Shown piece by piece: positions 10,808 through 20,461 of a stretch of DNA of 64,000 nucleotides. Origin of the DNA: a virus (taxonomy: Duplodnaviria; Caudoviricetes); the IMG/VR virus record IMGVR_UViG_3300012979_000027, positions 96,001 through 160,000 of that record; one strand, written 5' to 3'. A program made the translations under genes and the position numbers. The notes under the pieces are model-generated. The model did not search any database. It saw only the letters and a list, made by a program, of their open reading frames with translations, and had not been told where the DNA came from. Position 1 is the stretch's first letter, and each line of letters starts with the position of its first letter.

Positions 10808-11428
10808 ATGAATGATAATAAAATAATTCAATCATCAGAAAGTCCGCTTAATAAAACATTTGCTGACAAATATTTTTTTATTTTTGAATTACCAGAAGCG
10901 TTAAAAAATTTAAAAAATAATAAAAATATTATTAAAAACGACCTTGGTATAGGCAAAAAAGCACTTCAATGGTCTATTATAAAAGCGGAAGTGCCCAGTA
11001 TAAACATTAAAGCTGCTGAAGCGAATTATGCTGGCGGTACTTTAAGATATTCAACTCACACAAAATCTCCATATGACCCTTTTAAATTAACATTTAAAAT
11101 AGATAGTAATTATCTTAATTATTTTACTATATATGAATGGATTAATTTCATTTACGGAGAAAAAGAAGGACATTTTAATGAAGAAAACTTAACTAAATCA
11201 GAAAGTTTTAATTCTTATGCAATTCCAGTTTCTATAGTAGGTTTAGACGAATACAATAATCCAATAATACAATGGATTTTTACTTATGCATTTCCTACTG
11301 ATTTATCTTCAATATCATTAGATTATACTTCAACCGAAGAAATTGAATTTACTGTTACTTTTGTATTTTCTCAAATGTATATTAGAAATATTCTTTATGA
11401 TAATATAAAGAACTCTCCAGAGGTATAA
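10808..11428 (+). CDS. Tail tube terminator / tube-fold protein (gp3/gp19-like)
   Basis: YDPFKLTFKIDSNYLNYFTIYEWI and FTYAFPTDLSSISLDY...FTVTFVF. Confidence 0.7.
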   Translation: MNDNKIIQSSESPLNKTFADKYFFIFELPEALKNLKNNKNIIKNDLGIGKKALQWSIIKAEVPSINIKAAEANYAGGTLRYSTHTKSPYDPFKLTFKIDSNYLNYFTIYEWINFIYGEKEGHFNEENLTKSESFNSYAIPVSIVGLDEYNNPIIQWIFTYAFPTDLSSISLDYTSTEEIEFTVTFVFSQMYIRNILYDNIKNSPEV

Positions 11429-11459
11429 TTTGATTTATAAAAAATAAATTGTATATTAC

Positions 11460-11465
11460 TAAATA
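11460..11465 (+). promoter_or_regulatory. T4-type late promoter core TAAATA (representative of at least 15 copies)
   Basis: 6 nt upstream of the sheath ATG; the same motif lies 5-11 nt upstream of many structural gene starts. Confidence 0.75.
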
Positions 11466-11471
11466 ATTTAT

Positions 11472-14366
11472 ATGGCTACTGTTTCAAGTTTATCAGCTCC
11501 GGGCGTAGAGGTTCGTGAATATGATAACAGTTTACGCATAACTTCAAATACTGGTACAACTGTTTTTGTTCCAGGCTATGCGGCACAAGGTCCTGTAGAA
11601 GAAGTATTACCGATTTCCTCTATACAGGAATTTGAGACTGTTTACGGTATTCCAACTAATGCTGCGGAACGTTATTTTTATTATACATGTTTAGCAATTT
11701 TAAATAATTCTGGTTTAGGAACGACTCTTCTCACTTCTCGTTTACCATATGGTGACGGTCTAGGCGATACTGTTGCAGATGCATATAGCATGCTTGTATA
11801 TCCAGCTATTCCTATTATTAAAGCAAAAAATAATGGTTATAAATTTTATAAACGTTATGTTTTAGCAGATTCAAATAATATTGAAAAAGCTTTAAATGCA
11901 GAAATTATTTTTGTATCAACTAAAGAAATTAATAATGAAATTATTACTTTGCAAGTTTCAGGACAATCAGTAACTATTGATGGAATTGTCTCTAGTAGTC
12001 CTGTTGATACATATACAGAAACCGTTGGAGATAATACTTATACCTATCATGCAGGCGAATTAATGGATAGCGCTGATAATGTTATTGGTTATTTAAATAT
12101 TACTTTAATAAATGAAGCTTTTGCTAATTATTCATTAAATGATTTTAATAATGCAGAATTTAAGATAGCAAATCCATATGATATTTCTAATGATTTGGAT
12201 AAAGAAAACTTAACTTATCTTATTGGGGCTCCTGCCGTGTTTAATGTTTCATTATCTGAATATTATCAAATAATTTCAGGTGAATATTTTACATGGAATA
12301 ATACGGTTTCAAACCTCAATACCTTTGGCAATAATTTAAAAGATTCTCTTAGTTCTGCAGCTTTAATTGCAATTAATACCTCACGAAGCATAGTAAACAA
12401 TTCTCATGAAGGGTACTATTTTGGTATTACAGACAATCTTTTTAATAATATTTCTGATGATTATCAATTAGATGCTATTAGAAATGTTAAATTTGCTCCA
12501 TGGAATAGAAATCCTAATAATAGTGCTGGTATTATTGATAATAAAGCAAATAGTAAATTTATTACAATTAATGAATCTTTATTAGATTTTAAAACTAAAT
12601 TTAATAAAGGTTCTTTATCAGATATTATTCAATCTACAACTTCTAATTTTGATACTTCTTCTAGTGATTATGATGATACTGTTAATTTTGCAGTTTTCAA
12701 ATTAAAAAAATCTGTTACAGGTTCTGAAACAATGAAATTAACATATAATATATTAGAAAAGTATAATGCTTCCCTTGGTAAGAATAGACAATATTCAACT
12801 TCTACTAATGTAACTCCACAAAATTATTTTGTTGAAAGTATTGTAGAATCTTCTAAGAATGTAACAATTTTAGTAAATCCTTATATTGCTAATAAAATAA
12901 AAGTTAATTCTGAAGGTAATTTAGAAGGAAAAGTACGATTCTTTAGTTCTAAACTTATAGATACTTTTGAAAAATATGAGAAAAAATACCTCGGAACTGA
13001 ACTTAATCAACATTTAAATTCAGAACAAAGAGTTAAAGCTATCAAAAATAATATAGAAAACTGGAATAATCTTTCTAAACAAGTTGGTATTTCACCAGAG
13101 CTTATTAAAAATATAGAAAACAGCGAAAATTATATTAATTTTAATCGTAACGATTCTTTATATCAATTTGGTGTATATACAATTATAGAAAAAAATAATA
13201 ATTTCATAGGTTCGACACCAGGCAAAATTAAAAGAGCTTTAGAATTAGTATCTAATGACGAAGAATATCCTGATATTGATATTATAGTTGACGGTGGATT
13301 AAGTACAATTTATGCTTATTCTAATAATGCATTAAGCGATTATGTTATTTCTAATAAAATAGAAGATAATAATAATATTGTTAGAGGTATATTTAAAGAA
13401 GATATTTTACTTCAAGGCGTTGAAGATTTACGTACAAATCGTAGTTCTATAACAAACATGGCAGAATTAATTCGTTCCGATTATCTTGAAGTACAAAATG
13501 CATTCCAATCTCTTGCAAATAGTTTCCAAAATGGAGGTAGAGGTGATACTTTTTACATTGCAGACATACTTAGAGGTGCTGTTATCTATGGCTTAAATAC
13601 AAAAGTAGAAAAAATATATGGTACAACTATGACTAATAATGCTTATGGTGAAGGAAATATTAAGCATTCTTGGCCATCTTCCATCCTCAGTCCCATAAAA
13701 CACATTACAGATGGATTTACTTCATCTTATGCATCAATTTATGCTCAATGGTTTAAAGTTCATGATAACCATACTAATGAAAAATATTGGATTCCTTCAT
13801 CTGGATACATGGCTGCACTTATGTGCGCAACAGACCAGCTTCATGGTCCTTGGTATGCTGGAGCAGGTCTTAATCGCGGTATTGTATCTGGAGTTATAGA
13901 TGTAGCTATTAACCCGACTCAAAAACAAAGAGGAGACCTTTATAAAATTTGTGTAAACTCTGTACCAAAAATAGCTAAAATTGGTATTACGAATTGGGGT
14001 ATTCGCACTTTAAGTAAAAAAGCATCTGCCTTTGACCAAAATACATGTCGTCGTACATTCCTCTTTATCGAGAAAGCTATTAAGAAACTTCTTCGCTATT
14101 ATCTCTTTGAACCGAATAACTCTTATACCCAGCTTTCCATTTATAATGAAATTGAACCATATATGGAATCAATTCGTAACCAAGGAGGAATTTATAGTTA
14201 TAGTGTAGTTGTAGATAGTACTAATAATACACCTGAAATTGTCAATGCAGGAAATTTAGCAGTAGATGTTTCAGCTGCTCCAACACGTACTGCTGAATTT
14301 ATAGTTCTTAATATGACTGCAAATAAAGTTACACAAGAAGTAGCTACTTCAGAATTTGTTGTGTAA
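11472..14366 (+). CDS. Contractile tail sheath protein (gp18-like)
   Basis: LSAPGVEVREYD, GPWYAGAGLNRG, YLFEPNN and APTRTAEFIVLN. Confidence 0.96.
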   Translation: MATVSSLSAPGVEVREYDNSLRITSNTGTTVFVPGYAAQGPVEEVLPISSIQEFETVYGIPTNAAERYFYYTCLAILNNSGLGTTLLTSRLPYGDGLGDTVADAYSMLVYPAIPIIKAKNNGYKFYKRYVLADSNNIEKALNAEIIFVSTKEINNEIITLQVSGQSVTIDGIVSSSPVDTYTETVGDNTYTYHAGELMDSADNVIGYLNITLINEAFANYSLNDFNNAEFKIANPYDISNDLDKENLTYLIGAPAVFNVSLSEYYQIISGEYFTWNNTVSNLNTFGNNLKDSLSSAALIAINTSRSIVNNSHEGYYFGITDNLFNNISDDYQLDAIRNVKFAPWNRNPNNSAGIIDNKANSKFITINESLLDFKTKFNKGSLSDIIQSTTSNFDTSSSDYDDTVNFAVFKLKKSVTGSETMKLTYNILEKYNASLGKNRQYSTSTNVTPQNYFVESIVESSKNVTILVNPYIANKIKVNSEGNLEGKVRFFSSKLIDTFEKYEKKYLGTELNQHLNSEQRVKAIKNNIENWNNLSKQVGISPELIKNIENSENYINFNRNDSLYQFGVYTIIEKNNNFIGSTPGKIKRALELVSNDEEYPDIDIIVDGGLSTIYAYSNNALSDYVISNKIEDNNNIVRGIFKEDILLQGVEDLRTNRSSITNMAELIRSDYLEVQNAFQSLANSFQNGGRGDTFYIADILRGAVIYGLNTKVEKIYGTTMTNNAYGEGNIKHSWPSSILSPIKHITDGFTSSYASIYAQWFKVHDNHTNEKYWIPSSGYMAALMCATDQLHGPWYAGAGLNRGIVSGVIDVAINPTQKQRGDLYKICVNSVPKIAKIGITNWGIRTLSKKASAFDQNTCRRTFLFIEKAIKKLLRYYLFEPNNSYTQLSIYNEIEPYMESIRNQGGIYSYSVVVDSTNNTPEIVNAGNLAVDVSAAPTRTAEFIVLNMTANKVTQEVATSEFVV

Positions 14367-14387
14367 AAGATAATTATAACTCTTTAG

Positions 14388-14421
14388 TAAAAGAAGGTAG
14401 TATAAAAACTACCTTCTTTTA
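14388..14421 (+). terminator. Rho-independent terminator after the sheath gene
   Basis: taaaagaaggtagt / actaccttctttta stem. Confidence 0.8.
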
Positions 14422-14452
14422 TTTTATAAATCATGCCTTAAATATCTATTAT

Positions 14453-15823
14453 ATGGCAAGAAAAATTTCTCAATTTAGCACATACACATGGGATAATGTT
14501 ACTTTTCCAGAAGCATATATCCCTATTATTACTCCCCCTAAAGATGAAGTTATTAATGAAGACGATATTGATGGAGATTATATAAATTATAAATTTAAGC
14601 CTATAGATTTATTTTTAACCAAATATGACTCATATAATCCAAATTCGTTAATAGTTACTGATAGCTCTGGAAAAATTACATTTAAGACTGATTTCGGTGG
14701 GAACAAAGTATTATTGTCAAAAGAACCAGGTTTAATAGAAGAATCTTCTATAACTACAGAAGAATTAAAGCATTTAAGTGGTATAGAAAGTAATATTCAA
14801 AATCAACTAAATAATATAAAAAATGATATTCAAGTTCAACTAAATACTAAACTTCCTAAAAATTTTTCAACATCAGATGCTGAGAATAAAGTAGTAATAA
14901 CAGATAAAAATAAAAATATAATAGTCTCAAAAATTACAACAGATGAATTAAATTATTTAGAAGATGTAGACAGTAATATACAAACTCAACTAAATACAAA
15001 AGCTCCTACCTATAATCCAACTTTTACAGGAAAAACAAAAGCTCCTACTCCTGATCTCAAAGCAAAAGATACTCAAATAGCAACTGCTGAATTTGTTTAT
15101 AAATCAATAGATGCTAACAAGCCTGTTATATCTAAAAACAATTGCGTTATAATATCGGATAGTAACAGAAATATAATAGCCTCAGATGTTACAACAACTG
15201 AATTAAATTATTTAAAAGGGGTAACAAGTAAAATTCAAGACCAACTAAACAGTAAACTTCCATCTGTACTTTCTGGAAATAATACTGATTCTAAAGTCTT
15301 AATTACAAATTCAAGTAAACAAATAGGGGCTTCTTCTATAACTACAAATGAATTAAAGTGCTTAGCTAATATAAAAAGTAATATTCAAGATCAACTGGAT
15401 GCAAAACAGACTAAAGGTGTGAGCAAAGTAAACATGGTGCTGGTAAGTGATACGAAATATGACATTATTGCATCAGACATCTCCATTGATGAGCTGAAAA
15501 AGCTCAGCAATATCCGCGACAATATACAGAGTCAACTTAACGATTTGAGTTCCAGTTGTTGCATGCCCGATTTCACAGCCGGTGTGTCCATCACTAGTGG
15601 TGAGGTAGTTCCGTGCGCCGCACTTGGTGTAGTAGCTGCTGGTAATAGAAAAGCTAGAGAAGTAAAAGCTGCAATTAATGGCGTTATCGTCTGGTCAAAT
15701 AAGTGTGCTGACAGTGACTCAGCTTATGCTAGAGGTTCATTTTTAATTCCACCCAATAGTACTGTGACTTTCGACGGGAATCTTACATATTATCCGCTCA
15801 AAAGAATGCAGATGTTAGTCTAA
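14453..15823 (+). CDS. Tail fibre-like protein with repeated ITTxELxxLxxVxSNIQxQLN units
   Basis: Five imperfect repeats, a PTFTG.TKAPTP....QIATAEFV fibre motif and a late promoter. Confidence 0.65.
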   Translation: MARKISQFSTYTWDNVTFPEAYIPIITPPKDEVINEDDIDGDYINYKFKPIDLFLTKYDSYNPNSLIVTDSSGKITFKTDFGGNKVLLSKEPGLIEESSITTEELKHLSGIESNIQNQLNNIKNDIQVQLNTKLPKNFSTSDAENKVVITDKNKNIIVSKITTDELNYLEDVDSNIQTQLNTKAPTYNPTFTGKTKAPTPDLKAKDTQIATAEFVYKSIDANKPVISKNNCVIISDSNRNIIASDVTTTELNYLKGVTSKIQDQLNSKLPSVLSGNNTDSKVLITNSSKQIGASSITTNELKCLANIKSNIQDQLDAKQTKGVSKVNMVLVSDTKYDIIASDISIDELKKLSNIRDNIQSQLNDLSSSCCMPDFTAGVSITSGEVVPCAALGVVAAGNRKAREVKAAINGVIVWSNKCADSDSAYARGSFLIPPNSTVTFDGNLTYYPLKRMQMLV

Positions 15824-15986
15824 AAATATTGGCACAAAGAATATCTGTTTTCGTATTTGCACTATACTTTAGCAAATTAAATACACGCATTTAACTTTAT
15901 TATAATAATTTATTTTTTAAATCAACTAAAAATAAATTTTAGAACATGATTAATATTTTTATAAAATATATTAATAATTTTTCTAA

Positions 15987-16697
15987 ATGTCAATAATTTT
16001 TAAAGAAGAATCTCATCAATATTTTAATACAGATACCGGAAGAGAATATCTATCCGGTACTAAATTTATTCATTTATTTGAACCTTCATTTAATAAAGAT
16101 GCTATTTCTAAACGTGTAGCATTAAAAGAAGGCAAAACACAAAAACAAGTATTAGATGAGTGGGCAGCTATTTCTAAGCAAGCATGTGATTATGGAACTG
16201 CCACTCATTTATTAATGGAAAATTATATTAAATTTGGTGAAGAAGATATTGATAATAAGATTCTTTATGAAACATTTAATAAATGTGTAGGTCCTGAATA
16301 TAAAAAAGCAGAAGCCATTCATTCTGAAAAACTTCTTTGGATTGATGATTTCGAAATAGCAGGAACTGCGGATTTAATTATTGACCACCCTAATAATGAA
16401 TTTTCTATAGGTGATTTTAAGACCAACAAGAAGATTGAGTTTTATTCTGTATTTGGTAATAGAATGCTTGAACCGGTTTCACACCTTTCACAATGTCAAC
16501 ATAATTTATATGCTTTACAATTAAGTCTTTATGCATATATGTATTCTCTTCTTAGCGGTAGAAAATTACGTCATGTTTTCTTAATGCATTGTAATGACCG
16601 TTCTAAAGGTTGGACTTATATTCCATGCAATGCAATGATAATGGAAGTAAGATTTATGTTACATTTTTATAAAGAAAAAATAAAAAGTGGTAAATAA
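15987..16697 (+). CDS. PD-(D/E)XK exonuclease (RecB/Cas4-like)
   Basis: YGTATH..ME, AGTADLII, IGDFKT and YALQLSLYAY motifs. Confidence 0.85.
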   Translation: MSIIFKEESHQYFNTDTGREYLSGTKFIHLFEPSFNKDAISKRVALKEGKTQKQVLDEWAAISKQACDYGTATHLLMENYIKFGEEDIDNKILYETFNKCVGPEYKKAEAIHSEKLLWIDDFEIAGTADLIIDHPNNEFSIGDFKTNKKIEFYSVFGNRMLEPVSHLSQCQHNLYALQLSLYAYMYSLLSGRKLRHVFLMHCNDRSKGWTYIPCNAMIMEVRFMLHFYKEKIKSGK

Positions 16698-16734
16698 GGT
16701 TCGTTCTTTGGATTAAAAATGTATATAACTATAA

Positions 16735-16978
16735 ATGAAAATTAATACTTTACGAAAAAAAGTCAGTAAAATAGCTGATGATTTAGATACAATGGTTCGG
16801 AAAGTTGTCTGACTTGGCCGATGAATTTGATGATGATGAGTTTACTTCACTTCTTGGAAGAGCATGTGATGAGTTTTATGATTTAATTAGTGGAACTAAT
16901 GGCTCTTTTGGAGAAGTATTAGATTGGTTAGATAATTACGAAGAATATAAAGAGGAGGACGAAGAAGATAATGAGTAA
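16735..16978 (+). CDS. 80-aa acidic protein requiring a +1 shift at CGG 16798 (absent from the ORF track)
   Basis: MKINTLRKKVSKIADDLDTMV-[c]-GKLSDLADEF...EEDNE*; fills the gap and overlaps the next ATG. Confidence 0.7.
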
Positions 16979-17171
16979 TAATTTTTTTGAAGCTCAAATT
17001 AATAATCTTAATTTCCGCTATTCTGGAGGTAATATTATTGAAGTATCAAAAATTAGTGATAAACATCATACAGTACTTCATGAGATTTGGACAAAAGAAT
17101 TAACAAGCAAGAAAGAATTTGATACTGAAATCTCTTTCTGGTATATGCGAGAAGGTGTGAACTTTAATTGA
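16971..17171 (+). CDS. Hypothetical protein
   Basis: 66-aa ORF coupled to the upstream gene. Confidence 0.6.
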   Translation: MSNNFFEAQINNLNFRYSGGNIIEVSKISDKHHTVLHEIWTKELTSKKEFDTEISFWYMREGVNFN

Positions 17172-17793
17172 TAAATTTTTCAATAATAGGCATTAGATTA
17201 CCTGAAAGAGTAAGTGCAATAATTAAAATAAAGATAATCCAAAGAGCAGTTTTAACGAACCAAGGTTGCATAAGAAGATTCTTAAGAATATTCGTAAAAC
17301 TTTGTTCATTCTGATTCACAAAGGGCTGTCCATTAATCTGGACAGTTCTTTCTATTTTATAAATTTGAACAATAAAATGTTGAAACTCATCTGTTAATGT
17401 AGAGGGAACACGAGTGACTATTACTCTAACTGGAATTAGTTGATGTCGGTTACCTCTAATTTGTGTAATTTCTTCATCGGTAGAATATGAATAGTATCTT
17501 CCATTTAATATTGCATTTAAATTAATATTATCAGTTCTTAAATAACGACCATCAACAATATCTGCTATATTTCTTCCTTCGAGGTCAGCAGCAGAAATAC
17601 CTACGAGGTTCACAAAAAAGCTATTTGCTTCAATGATATTCTTATTTGCATCTAAAAGTACAATACCATGTTCTGCAAGGTCCCAAAAGCTTCGATGATA
17701 TGATTCGGCAGTGAACATTCTTACTGAAGATGTTAACGAATTTTGAGCATCTTCCATCCAAGTATCATCTGCTCTGACTGCCATATTACACAT
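17164..17793 (-). CDS. PAS-domain protein with C-terminal transmembrane helix
   Basis: YHRSFWDLAEHGIVLLDANKNIIEANSFFVNLVG.SAADLEGRNI is a PAS signature; hydrophobic WIIFILIIALTL segment. Confidence 0.8.
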   Translation of the reverse strand: MCNMAVRADDTWMEDAQNSLTSSVRMFTAESYHRSFWDLAEHGIVLLDANKNIIEANSFFVNLVGISAADLEGRNIADIVDGRYLRTDNINLNAILNGRYYSYSTDEEITQIRGNRHQLIPVRVIVTRVPSTLTDEFQHFIVQIYKIERTVQINGQPFVNQNEQSFTNILKNLLMQPWFVKTALWIIFILIIALTLSGNLMPIIEKFIN

Positions 17794-17817
17794 AATTACT
17801 ATTATTTATCTAAAAGT

Positions 17818-18474
17818 CTATATTTTCTTAAGGTTGCGTATAACTTCTTTAATATCAACCTTTTCAAAGGCTCTTGTCATCATGTGTTCTCTTACTAATT
17901 TTCTTAACTGCGTTTCAGTAAGATAATATTCTGAATTTTTATCAAATATATAAGCGTTTGACATTAAAAATATTGCTACATCTTTTGCCAAATTAAATCG
18001 TTTGCTATCATAAGTTCCAAACCAAATTTTCTTTCCTTCTGGTGATTCTACATAAAATCGTTTAGAACGTCTTTTACTTTTATATGCATTTCGTTTAGCA
18101 TACTCTCGGGACTTATCATTATCCCAAATAACCCAGTCTCTAAACGTACACATCTCTCTTCTGAATAATTCTTCTTCTACCTCTTCAGAAGGAATGATAC
18201 GACGGTTTCCTATATAATCAATAGAGAAAAAACCATTCTTTTCAAGATAGTGCATGTTTTTATAGATACCAAAATCATCCATATAAGATGCTACAGAAGT
18301 ATAAAATTGGTATCTATTTTCGGTATCAAATTTTTTGCGATAATCTTTATTGAATCGATTTAAATGTTGAGAGTTTTCTTTATAATCTTTTTCCTTGCGT
18401 AAATGAGGAAACTTTTCTTCTCGACGTCGAATTTCCTTTTTATCCCAGGGTGGATTTTGCCAATATTTCTTCAT
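17818..18474 (-). CDS. Hypothetical basic protein
   Basis: 218-aa ORF. Confidence 0.6.
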   Translation of the reverse strand: MKKYWQNPPWDKKEIRRREEKFPHLRKEKDYKENSQHLNRFNKDYRKKFDTENRYQFYTSVASYMDDFGIYKNMHYLEKNGFFSIDYIGNRRIIPSEEVEEELFRREMCTFRDWVIWDNDKSREYAKRNAYKSKRRSKRFYVESPEGKKIWFGTYDSKRFNLAKDVAIFLMSNAYIFDKNSEYYLTETQLRKLVREHMMTRAFEKVDIKEVIRNLKKI

Positions 18475-18505
18475 TAGTGTTCAAATTAACATTAATCTAA
18501 AAAAA

Positions 18506-18537
18506 AAAAATTTCGCGTATTTAAACGCGAAATTTTT
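18506..18537 (-). terminator. Terminator after the endolysin gene
   Basis: aaaaatttcgcgt / acgcgaaattttt with a long A run (U tract on the minus strand). Confidence 0.8.
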
Positions 18538-18541
18538 ACTT

Positions 18542-19327
18542 TTAGCCCCAAAGTGTACATTGAACATGCATTACATCTGTCCCCTGGCGTCTCCCTAAAC
18601 TTAAAAATCCATGATGTTCAAGAATATCAAAAAATGGTTTATAAATGTCTTGAGATAAACGCGCATCCTTCCATTTAGTCTTCATTGCATTATTAGCAGC
18701 ATCAAAATCCAAAGCAAGACCCCAAGAGTGGATAGAGGTTGAAGAGCTTCCCCTTGAAGTACGGAAATAATAAGAACCATCATACACGCAAGCGCCGGGT
18801 GCGACTTCTTCAATATCATTACCATAATGATTTATAATATCCTTCAAAGCGGCTTCGAGACGATCAGCTACCAGCCTATGAATTCTGATAGTTTTTACTT
18901 GTTTGCCATCATATTTTAGTGGATAATTTTCAGGTACCGACACATTTACTAATACAGATTCATCACCAGCCTTTCCGAAAATGGATTTCCCAGAACGGAC
19001 AACTGATTGCTTTACTGGATTAACTTTGTAGTCAACTTTTGTAAAAGAGATAGGTTTTTCAATATATTTTTTTACAAGAAAGTTAGCTTCATTTTTAGTA
19101 AATGATTTTCCTTCTAATGTATTAAAGATTGCATTAAGTGTATTTTTACCAATTATACCATCGGCAACAGAACCTACCTTTTTCTGTATATTTTTTATTG
19201 TGATAGCCTTGTAAGAAGATACGGAAGCACCGACTACATCAGCAATTGCCCTAATTGTTTTCGGCCCGATTATCCCATCTGCTTCGACTTTAAGGATTTG
19301 CTGAATTTTTTTAATTGTCTCTGTCAT
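18542..19327 (-). CDS. Endolysin: peptidoglycan-binding repeats plus M15 (L-Ala-D-Glu / D-Ala-D-Ala) peptidase
   Basis: Two ADGIIG repeats; SIHSWGLALDFD and DVMHVQ zinc motifs; late promoter. Confidence 0.9.
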   Translation of the reverse strand: MTETIKKIQQILKVEADGIIGPKTIRAIADVVGASVSSYKAITIKNIQKKVGSVADGIIGKNTLNAIFNTLEGKSFTKNEANFLVKKYIEKPISFTKVDYKVNPVKQSVVRSGKSIFGKAGDESVLVNVSVPENYPLKYDGKQVKTIRIHRLVADRLEAALKDIINHYGNDIEEVAPGACVYDGSYYFRTSRGSSSTSIHSWGLALDFDAANNAMKTKWKDARLSQDIYKPFFDILEHHGFLSLGRRQGTDVMHVQCTLWG

Positions 19328-19354
19328 ATATAATTTATTTAATTGGCTTTAAAA

Positions 19355-19371
19355 CAGAACAAGGATAATAT
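19355..19371 (+). promoter_or_regulatory. Candidate early/middle promoter YAGAAC-N5-TANNNT (representative copy)
   Basis: cagaac aagga taatat; similar copies lie upstream of several mostly non-structural genes. Confidence 0.5.
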
Positions 19372-19390
19372 AATTTATATGTATTAAGAT

Positions 19391-19939
19391 ATGAGAAAGA
19401 AAGTATTTATTATTGACGGTCCGGACGGGGCTGGTAAAACAACATTAGCACAAAGGCTTTCAGAAGCTTATAATATTCCGATTTATCATCTTACATATTA
19501 TGATGATAGAGAAAAGTTCCAAAAGCAGTTTGATATTGCAACTGAAATGATTAAACAGTGGATTAGAGGGGAGTCAGATGGCTTTATCCTTGATAGATAT
19601 ATCCTTTCAGAGTTTGCATATCAAAAAGTATATCGTCCTGATATCCCGCTTGTTGATGGAGCAGATTTAATGTTTGAATTGATGGAGCACAGAGCAGCAA
19701 CTGGCGAGATAGATGTAATTATTGCATTACCTGAAGACCGTTCCAAATGGTTTGAATTATTTTCGTCTCTTTGTGAAGAACGCAAAGAAATGTATTCTCC
19801 TGAAAAAATGTTAAAAGTTTTCGATGAATATGAAAACCTTTGGAAAAAGATGCGCTATAATAAACATGTATATAGATATGACCTCTTTGAAAATATAAAA
19901 GGTCAATATAAAAATCAAATTTTAGAAATAAATGAATAA
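19391..19939 (+). CDS. Nucleotide monophosphate (thymidylate-like) kinase
   Basis: IIDGPDGAGKTT P-loop and ILDRY..SE..Y. Confidence 0.85.
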   Translation: MRKKVFIIDGPDGAGKTTLAQRLSEAYNIPIYHLTYYDDREKFQKQFDIATEMIKQWIRGESDGFILDRYILSEFAYQKVYRPDIPLVDGADLMFELMEHRAATGEIDVIIALPEDRSKWFELFSSLCEERKEMYSPEKMLKVFDEYENLWKKMRYNKHVYRYDLFENIKGQYKNQILEINE

Positions 19940-20180
19940 TAAGATTGACATGAATCAGTTGATGGAACTTGCTGTTAAGCATCAGGCTATGCAACAGCCT
20001 CAGCAAGTTAAATCTGGAATTACATATTGTGAGCTACTTTCGGTGGTATTAGTAACACTTAAGTGTCTTGGACTTATTTCATGCTCATGGATAGTTCCTT
20101 TCCTTCCGCTCGCAATCCCGTTTATTTTATATGGGATTCTCTTTATCCTTGGTATTATTAAGGCAAAATTTTTCCATTAA
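19932..20180 (+). CDS. Small membrane protein
   Basis: Two hydrophobic segments (LVTLKCLGLISCSWIVPFLP). Confidence 0.7.
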   Translation: MNNKIDMNQLMELAVKHQAMQQPQQVKSGITYCELLSVVLVTLKCLGLISCSWIVPFLPLAIPFILYGILFILGIIKAKFFH

Positions 20181-20185
20181 AAAGT

Positions 20186-20461
20186 ATGAATAAAGTAATT
20201 GAAATTACAACTCCCACTTGCAGTGTATGTAAGATGATTAAGCCAATGGTTGAAAAAGTTATGTCTTCGTACACCAATTTGGAGTTTAGTGTGCATGACC
20301 ATGAAGATGCTGATGTGAAATATTATTTGGAAACCTATAATATCAAATCTGTCCCTGCATTCTTTTTCATCAAAGATGGTGAAATTGTTGATACTCATTT
20401 TGGTGCGATAACACTTCCTCTATTAAAATCTAAGGTAGAAAATCTTGTAAATGAAGGCTAA
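20186..20461 (+). CDS. Thioredoxin
   Basis: CSVC motif and IKSVPAFFFIKDG. Confidence 0.9.
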   Translation: MNKVIEITTPTCSVCKMIKPMVEKVMSSYTNLEFSVHDHEDADVKYYLETYNIKSVPAFFFIKDGEIVDTHFGAITLPLLKSKVENLVNEG

